Source: Minisyncoccota bacterium
GTDB lineage: Bacteria > Patescibacteriota > Minisyncoccia > Phycocordibacterales > XYD1-FULL-46-19
Assembly: GCA_041664425.1 (NCBI GenBank)
Contig: JBAYKU010000003.1
Coordinates: 3,373 to 67,372 of the forward strand
DNA length: 64,000 bases
Direction of reading: 5' to 3'
A program made the position numbers and the translations under genes. Below, in pieces: positions 18,867 through 27,200 of the stretch (positions are counted from its first letter, which is position 1; each line of letters opens with the position of its first letter). The notes beneath the pieces are model-generated. The model saw only the letters and a program-made list of their open reading frames with translations, was not told the DNA's origin and did not search any database.

Positions 18867-19073
18867 ATGGCAAAACCAAAATATATAGCAAAGTCTGGTC
18901 AGCCTTGGACTCCAGTTGAAGTAAAACAGTTGAAAAGCATGGGGGGCTGGGTGCCAACTCGTGTTATTGGCTTGAAACTTCAGAGACCAGTCGCAGGAAT
19001 ACAGGCAAAAGCTCAAGAAATCGGTATGAGTTTGAAGCCGGTAAATAAATCGCCGCGCTCAAAACTTAAATAG
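18867..19073 (+). CDS. hypothetical small basic protein
   Basis: ORF with ATG at 18867 just after the previous gene. Confidence 0.3.
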   Translation: MAKPKYIAKSGQPWTPVEVKQLKSMGGWVPTRVIGLKLQRPVAGIQAKAQEIGMSLKPVNKSPRSKLK

Positions 19074-19385
19074 GTCAACCTGAGCAAAAGGAACTGGCTT
19101 ATAACGCGCCTGATAGGTAGAGAAGATCAGCTTCCAGTAAATCAGCTCGGCTAACCAATGATGGCGGTAGAAAGGTTACACCTAGCTCACCAAAACCACT
19201 CACTCGAGTGGTTTTGGTTTATATCGAATAATCTATTGCATTTTTACCTTTGTCGGACTTTGGCTTCGGTGTCTCAAACCATTCAGGATGAACTTTGAAT
19301 ATACGCCTTAATTCCTGTATACTTTTATCAATATCCTCGAATTTGAGCCATTTTCTAGGTTCAAAGTTCCAGGCATCATCCCCAC

Positions 19386-19775
19386 ATGCGTTATCTCGGA
19401 ATTGATTATGGTTCGAAAAAAATAGGTCTCGCCGTCTCGGATGAGAGTGGACGGGTGGCTTTTCCTTTGCAAGTGATTCCTAATACCAAGAAACTTTTGG
19501 CTGAAGTGGTGGCTATTTGCCGACAGGAAAATATTGCTAAAATTATTTGTGGCTTGTCGCTAGATTTTTCTGGCCAAGATAATCCGATCGCCAAGGAGGC
19601 TAAAGATTTCTGTAATCAATTAATATCGGAAATTAACCTACCGCTAGAATTTGAAAATGAATTTCTGACCAGTGTTTTTGCTGGCCAAATCTCTCCTCAA
19701 AACAAAGAAATTGATGCTCGGGCCGCCGCCCTGATACTCCAGCGCTTTTTGGACCGCACTAAAAATAATTCTTAA
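19386..19775 (+). CDS. ruvX: Holliday junction resolvase-like protein RuvX/YqgF
   Basis: MRYLGIDYGSKKIGLAVSD RNase H-fold YqgF signature. Confidence 0.8.
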   Translation: MRYLGIDYGSKKIGLAVSDESGRVAFPLQVIPNTKKLLAEVVAICRQENIAKIICGLSLDFSGQDNPIAKEAKDFCNQLISEINLPLEFENEFLTSVFAGQISPQNKEIDARAAALILQRFLDRTKNNS

Positions 19776-19969
19776 CATCGGAGCCTATCCTTGGTGTGCT
19801 GATTGGTTTATAATTAACCCTATCTAAGTAAGGTTTAAAATTTTTTGAATATAAAAATTTTAAACCTAGATTTGACCAATATTAGCCGTATCTTGGTTAA
19901 ATCAAAAAAAGACTGATAATCGGAGGTAATTTTATTAACAATAATGTCAAATCTACTTAATAGGGTAAA

Positions 19970-21061
19970 ATGAAAGCTAATCGTTTTTTTAATATGTTTC
20001 CCGTGCCGAAATTTCTGCAAATGGCGGCAGCGGGGATTGATATTTCTGATCGGTCTTTGAAATTTTTTCAATTAATTGAGAAAAGGGGACAACTAATCGA
20101 TGGTTGGCATGAAGAAGTTGAATTGCCGGCCGGGATTATTGAAGGTGGTCGGATTATTCAAGCTGATAAATTAAAACCAATCATCAACAGCCTGTCTAAG
20201 AAATATGGTGTGACCAGGGCTATAGTCTCATTGCCAGAAGATCGCGCCTATACTTTACAATTGAACTTACCCCAGATGAAAAAAAGCCAATTACGAGAGG
20301 CCATTGCTTTTCAGCTAGAAGAGTATGTTCCCTTACCATCAAATGAAATTGTTTTTGATTATAAATTGGTAAAAAGTGGTGGGGATAAAAATAGTTTGAT
20401 TGTGGCGGTGTCGGCTCTGCCTAAGACAATTATCACTGAATATGTAGAAGTTTTTTCTGGCACCAGTATGGTCCCGATTGCTTTTGAGATTGAAGCACAA
20501 GCTATGGCCAGATCTCTTTTGTCACGTGATTCTAATGAGCTAGCTTTGATTGTTGACATCGGGCGCGTCCACGTTGGTTTCTTTGTGGCACGACAAGGAG
20601 AGGTTTTATATGCCTCAATTGCCAATAACATCGGTGGTGATGATATTAGCGCCATTATTTCTCGACAGTTGAATATTTCTCTTGAAGAAGCGGAAAAACT
20701 CAAAAATGAGATTGGCCTCAATCGCTCGGAGGACAATAAAGATTCCTTCTTTGCCGCTATTCCCGTTATCACTTCTATCAAAGATGAGATTAACCAGCGT
20801 TGTGAATATTGGCGAAATCGTGAAAAATATAATCCGAGAACCGAAAGAATTGCTCGAATCGTCTTGTGCGGGGGACAATCAACTTTGCCAGGTCTGCTAG
20901 ACTTTCTCCAATCCTACTTTGATATCCCGGTGGAGCTTGGCAACCCTTGGCAAAACTTTTATCCAGCGGAATTGGGAGTACCAAAGCTGTCGTTAAAGGA
21001 ATCTCTCCGCTATGCTACCGCCCTGGGTTTGAGTCTGCGTTCATTTGAAGAAATTTTTTAA
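19970..21061 (+). CDS. pilM: type IV pilus assembly protein PilM
   Basis: actin-like ATPase fold motifs, AAGIDISDRSLKFFQL start; followed by pilN/pilO-like genes. Confidence 0.6.
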   Translation: MKANRFFNMFPVPKFLQMAAAGIDISDRSLKFFQLIEKRGQLIDGWHEEVELPAGIIEGGRIIQADKLKPIINSLSKKYGVTRAIVSLPEDRAYTLQLNLPQMKKSQLREAIAFQLEEYVPLPSNEIVFDYKLVKSGGDKNSLIVAVSALPKTIITEYVEVFSGTSMVPIAFEIEAQAMARSLLSRDSNELALIVDIGRVHVGFFVARQGEVLYASIANNIGGDDISAIISRQLNISLEEAEKLKNEIGLNRSEDNKDSFFAAIPVITSIKDEINQRCEYWRNREKYNPRTERIARIVLCGGQSTLPGLLDFLQSYFDIPVELGNPWQNFYPAELGVPKLSLKESLRYATALGLSLRSFEEIF

Positions 21062-21064
21062 TCT

Positions 21065-21595
21065 ATGATTAATCTTTTACCACTCGAAAATAAAAAAAAT
21101 ATTTGGCGCGATTATCGCAATCGTCGCTCGGTAACAATTGCTCTGGTGGTGATGTTTTTGTTGTTGACGGGGATTATTTTGTTGACCGCTTTTTATTTTT
21201 CTTCTTTGTTTGGCTTGCAACCGCGGGCTAGTGTCGTAGTGGAAAAAAATGAAAAAGATCGACCGGCTTATGAACTAAAATTGAAAAATCTAAAAGAAGA
21301 ACTCGCTCTGCTCTCCGGTCCAAGTAATAATTTTTCAGCTATTAGTGTTTTTGAAAGAATTTCCCAAACCAAAGTGGCGGGTGTCGGAATCGAATCTTTT
21401 TCCCAAGAGATAAAGACTACTGGAGAAATAATTTTTAAATTACAGGTCACCGCTGGTTCCAGAAAGATGGCTTCTGATTATATTTCCAAACTCCACAGTG
21501 TCGAGGGGGTCAAGGATGTTGTCTATCCTATTTTGACTAGTGACAAAAATCTAACCATTCCTTTGGAAATAATTTTGGCTGATAAGAAAAAATAA
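21065..21595 (+). CDS. pilN: type IV pilus assembly protein PilN
   Basis: MINLLPLE N-terminus + single TM, typical PilN. Confidence 0.55.
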   Translation: MINLLPLENKKNIWRDYRNRRSVTIALVVMFLLLTGIILLTAFYFSSLFGLQPRASVVVEKNEKDRPAYELKLKNLKEELALLSGPSNNFSAISVFERISQTKVAGVGIESFSQEIKTTGEIIFKLQVTAGSRKMASDYISKLHSVEGVKDVVYPILTSDKNLTIPLEIILADKKK

Positions 21596-21597
21596 TC

Positions 21598-22134
21598 ATG
21601 TCTAACTCCAAAACAAAAATTTTTTGGTTACTGGCCTCTATCGATGTCTTGTTGTTTGTTGGTTGGATAGTTTTATCTTTTTTGACTTGGCAAAAAGTGT
21701 CGGTGGAAACTGCTATTGCTGATTTAAATGATGGCGAATTTAAAATTGAGCTGGCTGAACTCAAACGTTTTCTTACTTCTTCTCAAGGTAAAATTGATAC
21801 GATCGGGTTGGCAGTAGTTGATTCAGAAAATGTTAATTCTCTAGTTGACCAAATTTTGAATTTGGCGCAGGGGGCTGGGGTGGAGGCGGCGATTGATCGT
21901 GCCACCGCCAGCAAGGACAGTTTAGATTTAATTATTTCCGCTAAGGGAAATTTTCGTAACTCCGTCCAATTTTTACGTTTAATGGAAAAATTGCCCTACC
22001 GGCTCACTATTAGCAAAGAATCCATGGTCAATCTGGCGGGGACGGGGAGCGACCTTTTAAAAGCTAAAACCGAGCGGGTCTCGAGTCTGTGGCGGTCGGA
22101 AATCAATATTAAGATTTTAAGTTATCACCAATAA
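21598..22134 (+). CDS. PilO-like pilus assembly protein
   Basis: TM + coiled coil, position in the pilMNO operon. Confidence 0.4.
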   Translation: MSNSKTKIFWLLASIDVLLFVGWIVLSFLTWQKVSVETAIADLNDGEFKIELAELKRFLTSSQGKIDTIGLAVVDSENVNSLVDQILNLAQGAGVEAAIDRATASKDSLDLIISAKGNFRNSVQFLRLMEKLPYRLTISKESMVNLAGTGSDLLKAKTERVSSLWRSEINIKILSYHQ

Positions 22135-22135
22135 A

Positions 22136-22459
22136 ATGGACTTCGGCAAAAAAATTAAAAATTGGTTTGGGGGTCTTTTTGATAAGGATCGTTTAAATTT
22201 TGCTTATTCTCCTTGGGGAGACTGGCGGATTATTGTAATTGTTTTTTTGTTGGGAGAGGTCTTAATTATTTCTTCGCATTATTTCTTTTACCAGTGGTCG
22301 GCAGTAGCAGAAGATCAATCTTCATCCCAGGATGGTTCTCAGACTATTGTTGAGCAAAAAAATAAACTGGACCAAGTCTATTTCTTGTACCAAAATAAAC
22401 AAAAGGTCTTAGAGGATGCCCAAAAAAATCCGCCGAGTTTGGTTGACCCATCTTTATAA
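22136..22459 (+). CDS. small membrane protein (possible PilP-like pilus component)
   Basis: operon position, single TM. Confidence 0.25.
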   Translation: MDFGKKIKNWFGGLFDKDRLNFAYSPWGDWRIIVIVFLLGEVLIISSHYFFYQWSAVAEDQSSSQDGSQTIVEQKNKLDQVYFLYQNKQKVLEDAQKNPPSLVDPSL

Positions 22460-22464
22460 AATTG

Positions 22465-22536
22465 TGCCCCCGCGAGGAATCGAACCTCGATTAACGGCTT
22501 AGAAGTCCGCAGTTTTATCCATTAAACTACAGGGGC
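22465..22536 (-). tRNA. tRNA-Arg (anticodon TCT)
   Basis: GCCCCTG TA GTTT AATGGATA AAAC...CTTCTAA...TTCGATTCC...CGGGGGCA. Confidence 0.75.
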
Positions 22537-22841
22537 TTTTTTGTCCTACCAAAACTTTCTTGTTGCCTATAAGTTTTTTTTCGATGGCAATTTGCACACC
22601 TTATCTCGCACTTATTAATCTCATTGGAGACCGATTTCCATGAGTAGTGGCCAGACAACATCTTTGCTACAGTTTTGAATTTACTATTTGGGTCAATATG
22701 ATCAAATTCTAAAACAATTGGATCATTCTCTCCACAATCGACGCATTTTTTAGACGAGAGAAAATCCAATAGCTTTTCCCTAACTTTAATGCGATGGTTC
22801 TTTTGAGCCTGATATAAGTCCTCCTTGTGTTTGTAGGGCAT
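22527..22841 (-). CDS. HNH endonuclease (small, free-standing); 3' end overlaps tRNA-Arg(TCT) by 10 nt
   Basis: CVDCGEND...LEFDHIDPNS...CANCHRKK HNH/zinc motif. Confidence 0.7.
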   Translation of the reverse strand: MPYKHKEDLYQAQKNHRIKVREKLLDFLSSKKCVDCGENDPIVLEFDHIDPNSKFKTVAKMLSGHYSWKSVSNEINKCEIRCANCHRKKTYRQQESFGRTKKPL

Positions 22842-22939
22842 ATAGTGGGATTATATCATCAAGTTCTAACCTCAACAACAGGCATTTACCATAATTAATT
22901 TATACTATAAGATTAGCATCAAATCAAAGAATTAAGGAA

Positions 22940-23686
22940 ATGAAATCATCGTTTGTTGAAGCTAAAAAAGAATTAAAAAAGCTGGCCAACCCGATTCAGG
23001 CGGAAATTCTCCAGCGCTTCTTCAAAACCGGTCGAGGTCAATATGGCGAGGGCGATATTTTTCTGGGAGTGAAAGTGCCACAAACTAGAAAAGTGGCTAA
23101 ACAATTTCGCGAGCTACCTCTGGCGGAAGTCGAAAAACTGCTACATTCTAAAATTCACGAAGAGCGTTTGCTGGCGCTACTAATTTTGATTCAGAAATTT
23201 CAGCTGTCGGGCGAAGGGGAACAGAGAAAAATTTACCGTCTCTATTTAAAAAATCTAAAAGGAACTTGTCGCGTGGGAGCGCAGCGATTTTACGCGATCA
23301 ACAATTGGGACTTGGTGGATTTGTCAGCACCGCAAATTGTCGGCACTTTTCTGCTTGATAAAAATCGGTCGGAACTTTATCGTTTGGCGCGATCTAAACA
23401 CCTCTGGAGTAGGCGAGTGGCGATGATCTCAACTTTTGCTTTCATTAAAAAACAGCAATTCGACGACAGTTTAAAACTGGCCGAGATTTTATTGACTGAT
23501 AAACACGACCTGATTCACAAAGCCGTCGGTTGGATGTTGCGCGAGGTGGGGAAGCGCGACCTAGTGGCCGAAGAAAACTTTTTGAAAAAATATGCCGGCA
23601 CCATGCCCCGCACTGCCCTCCGCTATGCTATTGAAAAATTCCCACCAGTGAAAAGACAATTTTACCTTAAATATGGCTCAAAATAA
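22940..23686 (+). CDS. DNA alkylation repair enzyme (AlkD/AlkC-like HEAT-repeat glycosylase)
   Basis: family-typical N-terminus (AEILQRFFKTG...) and HEAT-like repeats. Confidence 0.6.
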   Translation: MKSSFVEAKKELKKLANPIQAEILQRFFKTGRGQYGEGDIFLGVKVPQTRKVAKQFRELPLAEVEKLLHSKIHEERLLALLILIQKFQLSGEGEQRKIYRLYLKNLKGTCRVGAQRFYAINNWDLVDLSAPQIVGTFLLDKNRSELYRLARSKHLWSRRVAMISTFAFIKKQQFDDSLKLAEILLTDKHDLIHKAVGWMLREVGKRDLVAEENFLKKYAGTMPRTALRYAIEKFPPVKRQFYLKYGSK

Positions 23687-23702
23687 GGTTATCTGTACAC
23701 TA

Positions 23703-23733
23703 TTGACATATATATAAAACGGGTGTATAATAT
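23703..23733 (+). promoter_or_regulatory. near-consensus sigma-70 promoter (TTGACA ... TATAAT, 19-bp spacer) upstream of the DGR target gene
   Basis: ttgaca at 23703-23708, tataat at 23728-23733. Confidence 0.5.
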
Positions 23734-23812
23734 AGGGTAGATCCGCTGGAGTCTAAAACACTGGGTTTTGGGCTAGCTAGCGAAAGAAATTGACAAAGAA
23801 AGGGAAAAGACG

Positions 23813-24445
23813 ATGTCTACCAAGAACACGTCGAAAGAATCCGAAGTTGTAATGGCAACAGGAGAGCAGGTTGAGCACATCATGGATATGTGGCGTAGGC
23901 GTCTGAATAGCCGCAAACTGACCCTGGCAGAGGCCCAGCACATCATCCAGAACGGCGGTCAGTATTTGCCTATCATGGATAAGGCGGCCGATGTCCTCGT
24001 GGATCAGGTGCGGTCGGATACGCAGAACACGATCATCCGTATGGTTCGCAACGTTCAACGCAATCGGTCTGCGGAGCAGGCCATCAATGCTACCGGACGC
24101 ACGAAGTATGTCGACAGCTCTGTCCTTGCGAGCATGCCGGTCGGTAGTGGCCCCGAGGAAGTGGAACTCGTTTACTTCAAGCTTGGCCGCTATGTTGGCA
24201 ACGAAGAGCTTGAACGCGAGTACGATGTCCGTGGCCTTCGACCCGATCCTCAAGCACAATCGGCTGACAACGAGGGAGATCCGTCTTTCGCGGACGACCA
24301 CCCGAATGGTTGTCTCTGGGGTCGCGATGGTCGGGTGGCAAGTTTCGTCGCGTTCGGTCGTTGGTTCGGCGGGCGCGAGGTGAGCGTCGACCGCGTCGAC
24401 TGCGGCTGGTTCGGCCGCTGGTGGTTCGCCGGTGTTCGCAAGTAA
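23813..24445 (+). CDS. DGR target (variable) protein; the C-terminal ~34 aa are encoded by the variable repeat, ending ...GWFGRWWFAGVRK
   Basis: 3' end is an adenine-mismatched copy of the TR; GC-rich ORF; GGAAAAG RBS. Confidence 0.8.
   Translation: MSTKNTSKESEVVMATGEQVEHIMDMWRRRLNSRKLTLAEAQHIIQNGGQYLPIMDKAADVLVDQVRSDTQNTIIRMVRNVQRNRSAEQAINATGRTKYVDSSVLASMPVGSGPEEVELVYFKLGRYVGNEELEREYDVRGLRPDPQAQSADNEGDPSFADDHPNGCLWGRDGRVASFVAFGRWFGGREVSVDRVDCGWFGRWWFAGVRK
24340..24441 (+). repeat. DGR variable repeat (VR)
   Basis: ~100-bp homology to TR; every mismatch falls where TR has A (A->G/C/T). Confidence 0.85.
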
Positions 24446-24500
24446 TTTTCCCTCAGGCTTAAGTTTCTTTGTGCTTCGGTACTTAGACACTTAGTCCTTA

Positions 24501-24527
24501 CCCCACCCTCTCTGTGAGAGGGTGGGG
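24501..24527 (+). promoter_or_regulatory. GC hairpin downstream of VR (ccccaccctctc-tgtg-agagggtgggg), the typical DGR target-recognition stem-loop
   Basis: perfect 11-12 bp stem ~55 bp after the VR end. Confidence 0.6.
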
Positions 24528-24831
24528 TAAAATTTTGCATAAAAAAATAAAATGTTAAGATAAAAAAGGTAGTAGGTGAATATCAGTAAGCAATTAAGGT
24601 TGCTTGCCACCGAATCCAGTATCCATACATTGAGAATATCTGCGACTACGGTTTCAGATAGGGTGGTGTATGTAGACACTTCACAAAAAATGAAGCTACT
24701 TGGTGCGAGATACCAAGGCATTACGATGCCGAATAAGATTCAACCCCGAGAGCAAGGTGAACGGAGCAGTCATCGTATGATGGCAACTCCGAGAGTATTC
24801 GAGGGGTGGTGACATAGACGATATCTCGTAC

Positions 24832-24932
24832 AATTTCGTCACGTTCAATCGTTGGAACGACAAGCGCAAGGTGAACGTCAACCGCAACGACAACGACTGG
24901 AACGACAACTGGTGGTTCGCCGGTGTTCGCAA
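24832..24932 (+). repeat. DGR template repeat (TR), AAC-rich (aacgacaagcgcaaggtgaacgtcaaccgcaacgacaacgactggaacgacaac...)
   Basis: aligned base-by-base with VR; differences only at TR adenines. Confidence 0.85.
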
Positions 24933-24938
24933 CTCTCT

Positions 24939-25292
24939 TCATTTCTCTCCAGCTTTCACTGGAGAGTTTTGTTTTGTAAGCTTTCCATTCCAACCCCCAA
25001 GCATTTTACCAATCTCATCTAATTTTAAAGACAGAGCAATATATTTTTTAGTATCTAAAGACTTGGCCTCCCATAGGACCAGCAAAAGGACTTTGAGCGT
25101 ATCCATTTTTCTGATAGCTAATCGAACATATGGTGCCTTGTCTGCCGGAGACAAAAACGAAGCACTGGCCACGGCCTCTATCGCTTCAATAAACAAAGCG
25201 TCAACTCTTAAACCCAAAGAAAATTTTTCAACCTTGGGTAAAGTCTGATGATATTGGTGCCACAAAAGATAAGCTGATTTCAAATACTGCAA
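24939..25292 (-). CDS. avd: Avd-like accessory variability determinant (four-helix-bundle protein of the '23S rRNA intervening sequence protein' family)
   Basis: YLLWHQYHQTLPKVEKFSLGLRVDALFIEAIEAV...LDEIGKMLGGW resembles the Avd family; encoded antisense to the TR/RT. Confidence 0.6.
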   Translation of the reverse strand: MQYLKSAYLLWHQYHQTLPKVEKFSLGLRVDALFIEAIEAVASASFLSPADKAPYVRLAIRKMDTLKVLLLVLWEAKSLDTKKYIALSLKLDEIGKMLGGWNGKLTKQNSPVKAGEK

Positions 25293-25335
25293 AAGTGGTA
25301 GTAATTTTGTCGGGGGGGGGGGTACTATTGGTCAA

Positions 25336-26331
25336 ATGAGTGGAATTAAATTTATTCACAAATATGAGGATATCATTTCCCTTGATAATTTACTAGGAGC
25401 TTGGCGACAATTTGTTCGAGACAAAAAATCTAAAAAAGATGTTCAAGAATTTGAATTAAACTTGATGAGTAATATCATTTCTCTACATCTCGACCTCAAA
25501 CACAAAACCTACTCCCACGGTCCCTACCTAGCCTTCAACATCTCTGACCCCAAACCGCGTAATATCCACAAAGCCCTCGTTCGCGACCGTCTGCTCCACC
25601 ATGCCATCTACCGTGTTCTGCATCATCACTTCAACTCAAAATTCATCTACGACTCGTATTCTTGTCGTTTGGGCAAAGGCACGCACAAGGCAATTAAAAG
25701 ATTTGAACAAATGGCAAGAAAAGTTTCGTGTAATAACACCAAAACTGGCTGGATTTTAAAATGCGATGTCAGAAAGTTTTTTGCTTCGATTGATCAAACT
25801 ATACTTCTAAATATTTTAAAAAAACACGAGCCTGACCCAGATATTATCTGGCTCCTCGAGCGGGTAATCAGTAGTTTTTATAGCACCGAATTTGGCAAAG
25901 GTTTGCCTTTGGGTAATTTAACCTCGCAACTCTTGGTTAATATCTACATAAATGAATTTGACCAGTTTATGAAGCACCAACTCAAAGCCAAATATTACCT
26001 CCGTTATGCTGATGATTTTGTGATTATGGACACAGACAAAAGATGTCTCGAAAAACTTTTGCCTAAAATCAAGGTTTTTCTGCTAGTCCAGCTTAAACTC
26101 ACGCTTCATCCCGACAAGGTGTATATCAAAACTCTAGCTTCGGGTGTGGATTTTCTCGGCTGGGTGCATTTTCCTCATTATCGAGTGCTGCGGACGGCGA
26201 CAAGGAGGAGGATGTTTAAGAGAATTAGAGAAACGAGTGGCAAAAAAGAGACCGTGCAATCTTATTTGGGGTTGCTGAAGCATGGTAATGGATATGGATT
26301 AAGAGAAAAAATTATAAGCTCGGCTGGTTAA
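25336..26331 (+). CDS. DGR reverse transcriptase (331 aa, no maturase/endonuclease domains)
   Basis: RT motifs incl. YADDFVI (YxDD), the LGNLTSQ region, size typical of DGR RTs. Confidence 0.85.
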   Translation: MSGIKFIHKYEDIISLDNLLGAWRQFVRDKKSKKDVQEFELNLMSNIISLHLDLKHKTYSHGPYLAFNISDPKPRNIHKALVRDRLLHHAIYRVLHHHFNSKFIYDSYSCRLGKGTHKAIKRFEQMARKVSCNNTKTGWILKCDVRKFFASIDQTILLNILKKHEPDPDIIWLLERVISSFYSTEFGKGLPLGNLTSQLLVNIYINEFDQFMKHQLKAKYYLRYADDFVIMDTDKRCLEKLLPKIKVFLLVQLKLTLHPDKVYIKTLASGVDFLGWVHFPHYRVLRTATRRRMFKRIRETSGKKETVQSYLGLLKHGNGYGLREKIISSAG

Positions 26332-26379
26332 TGTAATTTGGAAAAAGTTAGTTTCTGTGGTTATATTAGTCAGATATTT

Positions 26380-26452
26380 GGGCGGTTAGCTCAGTTGGTA
26401 GAGCATTTGATTTACACTCAAAGGGTCACAGGTTCGAGTCCTGTACCGCCCA
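26380..26452 (+). tRNA. tRNA-Val (anticodon TAC)
   Basis: GGGCGGTTAGCTCAGTTGGTAGAGC...TTTACAC...GGTTCGAGTCC...ACCGCCCA. Confidence 0.85.
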
Positions 26453-26453
26453 C

Positions 26454-27185
26454 TTGAAAGACATCCCCATTATTTTTGAAGACTCCGATATTCTGGTCTT
26501 AAATAAACCCGCCGGTTTGTCGGTGCATGGTGATGGTTTTAATACTGAACCAACTTTAGCCGATTGGCTTCTCAAAAAATATCCCGCTTTAGCGGAAATA
26601 GGCGAGTCAATGAAAGACCAAAAGGGGATTGAAATAAAAAAACCAGGTCTAGTTCATCGTCTCGATCGCGATACCAGTGGAGTTTTGTTGGTGGCTAAAA
26701 ATCAACCCACCTTTTTATTTCTCAAAGAACAATTTAAAAATCACTTAGCTTCAAAGACTTACCGCGCAATTTTGTCGGGGGAGATGAAGGGGGAAGTGGG
26801 GCAGGATCAAACTATTTCTCTGCCGATTGGGCGGAGTAATCGTGATCCGCGCCAGCGAGTGGCCAACATCAAAGCGGCTGGCACTTTGCGGGAGGCGACG
26901 ACTATCTATCGGGTGCTGAAAACCGCTTCTGGCTATACCTATGTTGAGGCCAACCCAAAAACTGGCCGGACCCACCAGCTCCGGGTCCATTTTAAAGCCC
27001 TCAATTATCCCATCCTCTGTGACGCTCTCTATGCCCCTAAGCTCGCTTGTTCGGACATGATGGGGCGTCAGGCTCTCCACGCCTTTTCACTCTCTATTAC
27101 CCTGCCCAACGGGGAACTGGGCTGTTTTTCCGCGCCCCTACCCTTAGATTTTCAAAAAACCCTTGATAATCTTGGTTTGATGTGA
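26454..27185 (+). CDS. RluA-family pseudouridine synthase (TTG start 2 nt after the tRNA)
   Basis: GLVHRLDRDTSGVLLVAKN and HQLRVH motifs. Confidence 0.75.
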   Translation: MKDIPIIFEDSDILVLNKPAGLSVHGDGFNTEPTLADWLLKKYPALAEIGESMKDQKGIEIKKPGLVHRLDRDTSGVLLVAKNQPTFLFLKEQFKNHLASKTYRAILSGEMKGEVGQDQTISLPIGRSNRDPRQRVANIKAAGTLREATTIYRVLKTASGYTYVEANPKTGRTHQLRVHFKALNYPILCDALYAPKLACSDMMGRQALHAFSLSITLPNGELGCFSAPLPLDFQKTLDNLGLM

Positions 27186-27200
27186 TAAGCTAACGCCCGT

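Noticed and set aside
23991-24540. Several overlapping ORFs on both strands inside the DGR target gene
   Set aside because: These are GC-rich shadow frames of the genuine 23813-24445 CDS.
24576-24812. 78-aa ORF between the DGR VR hairpin and the TR
   Set aside because: It has no RBS and an odd composition, and sits where the DGR TR-RNA leader is expected, so I treat it as non-coding.
24871-25248. 125-aa plus-strand ORF spanning the TR and the avd antisense
   Set aside because: This is read-through of the AAC-rich TR (a poly-Asn/Asp artefact). The minus-strand frame matches the Avd family much better.
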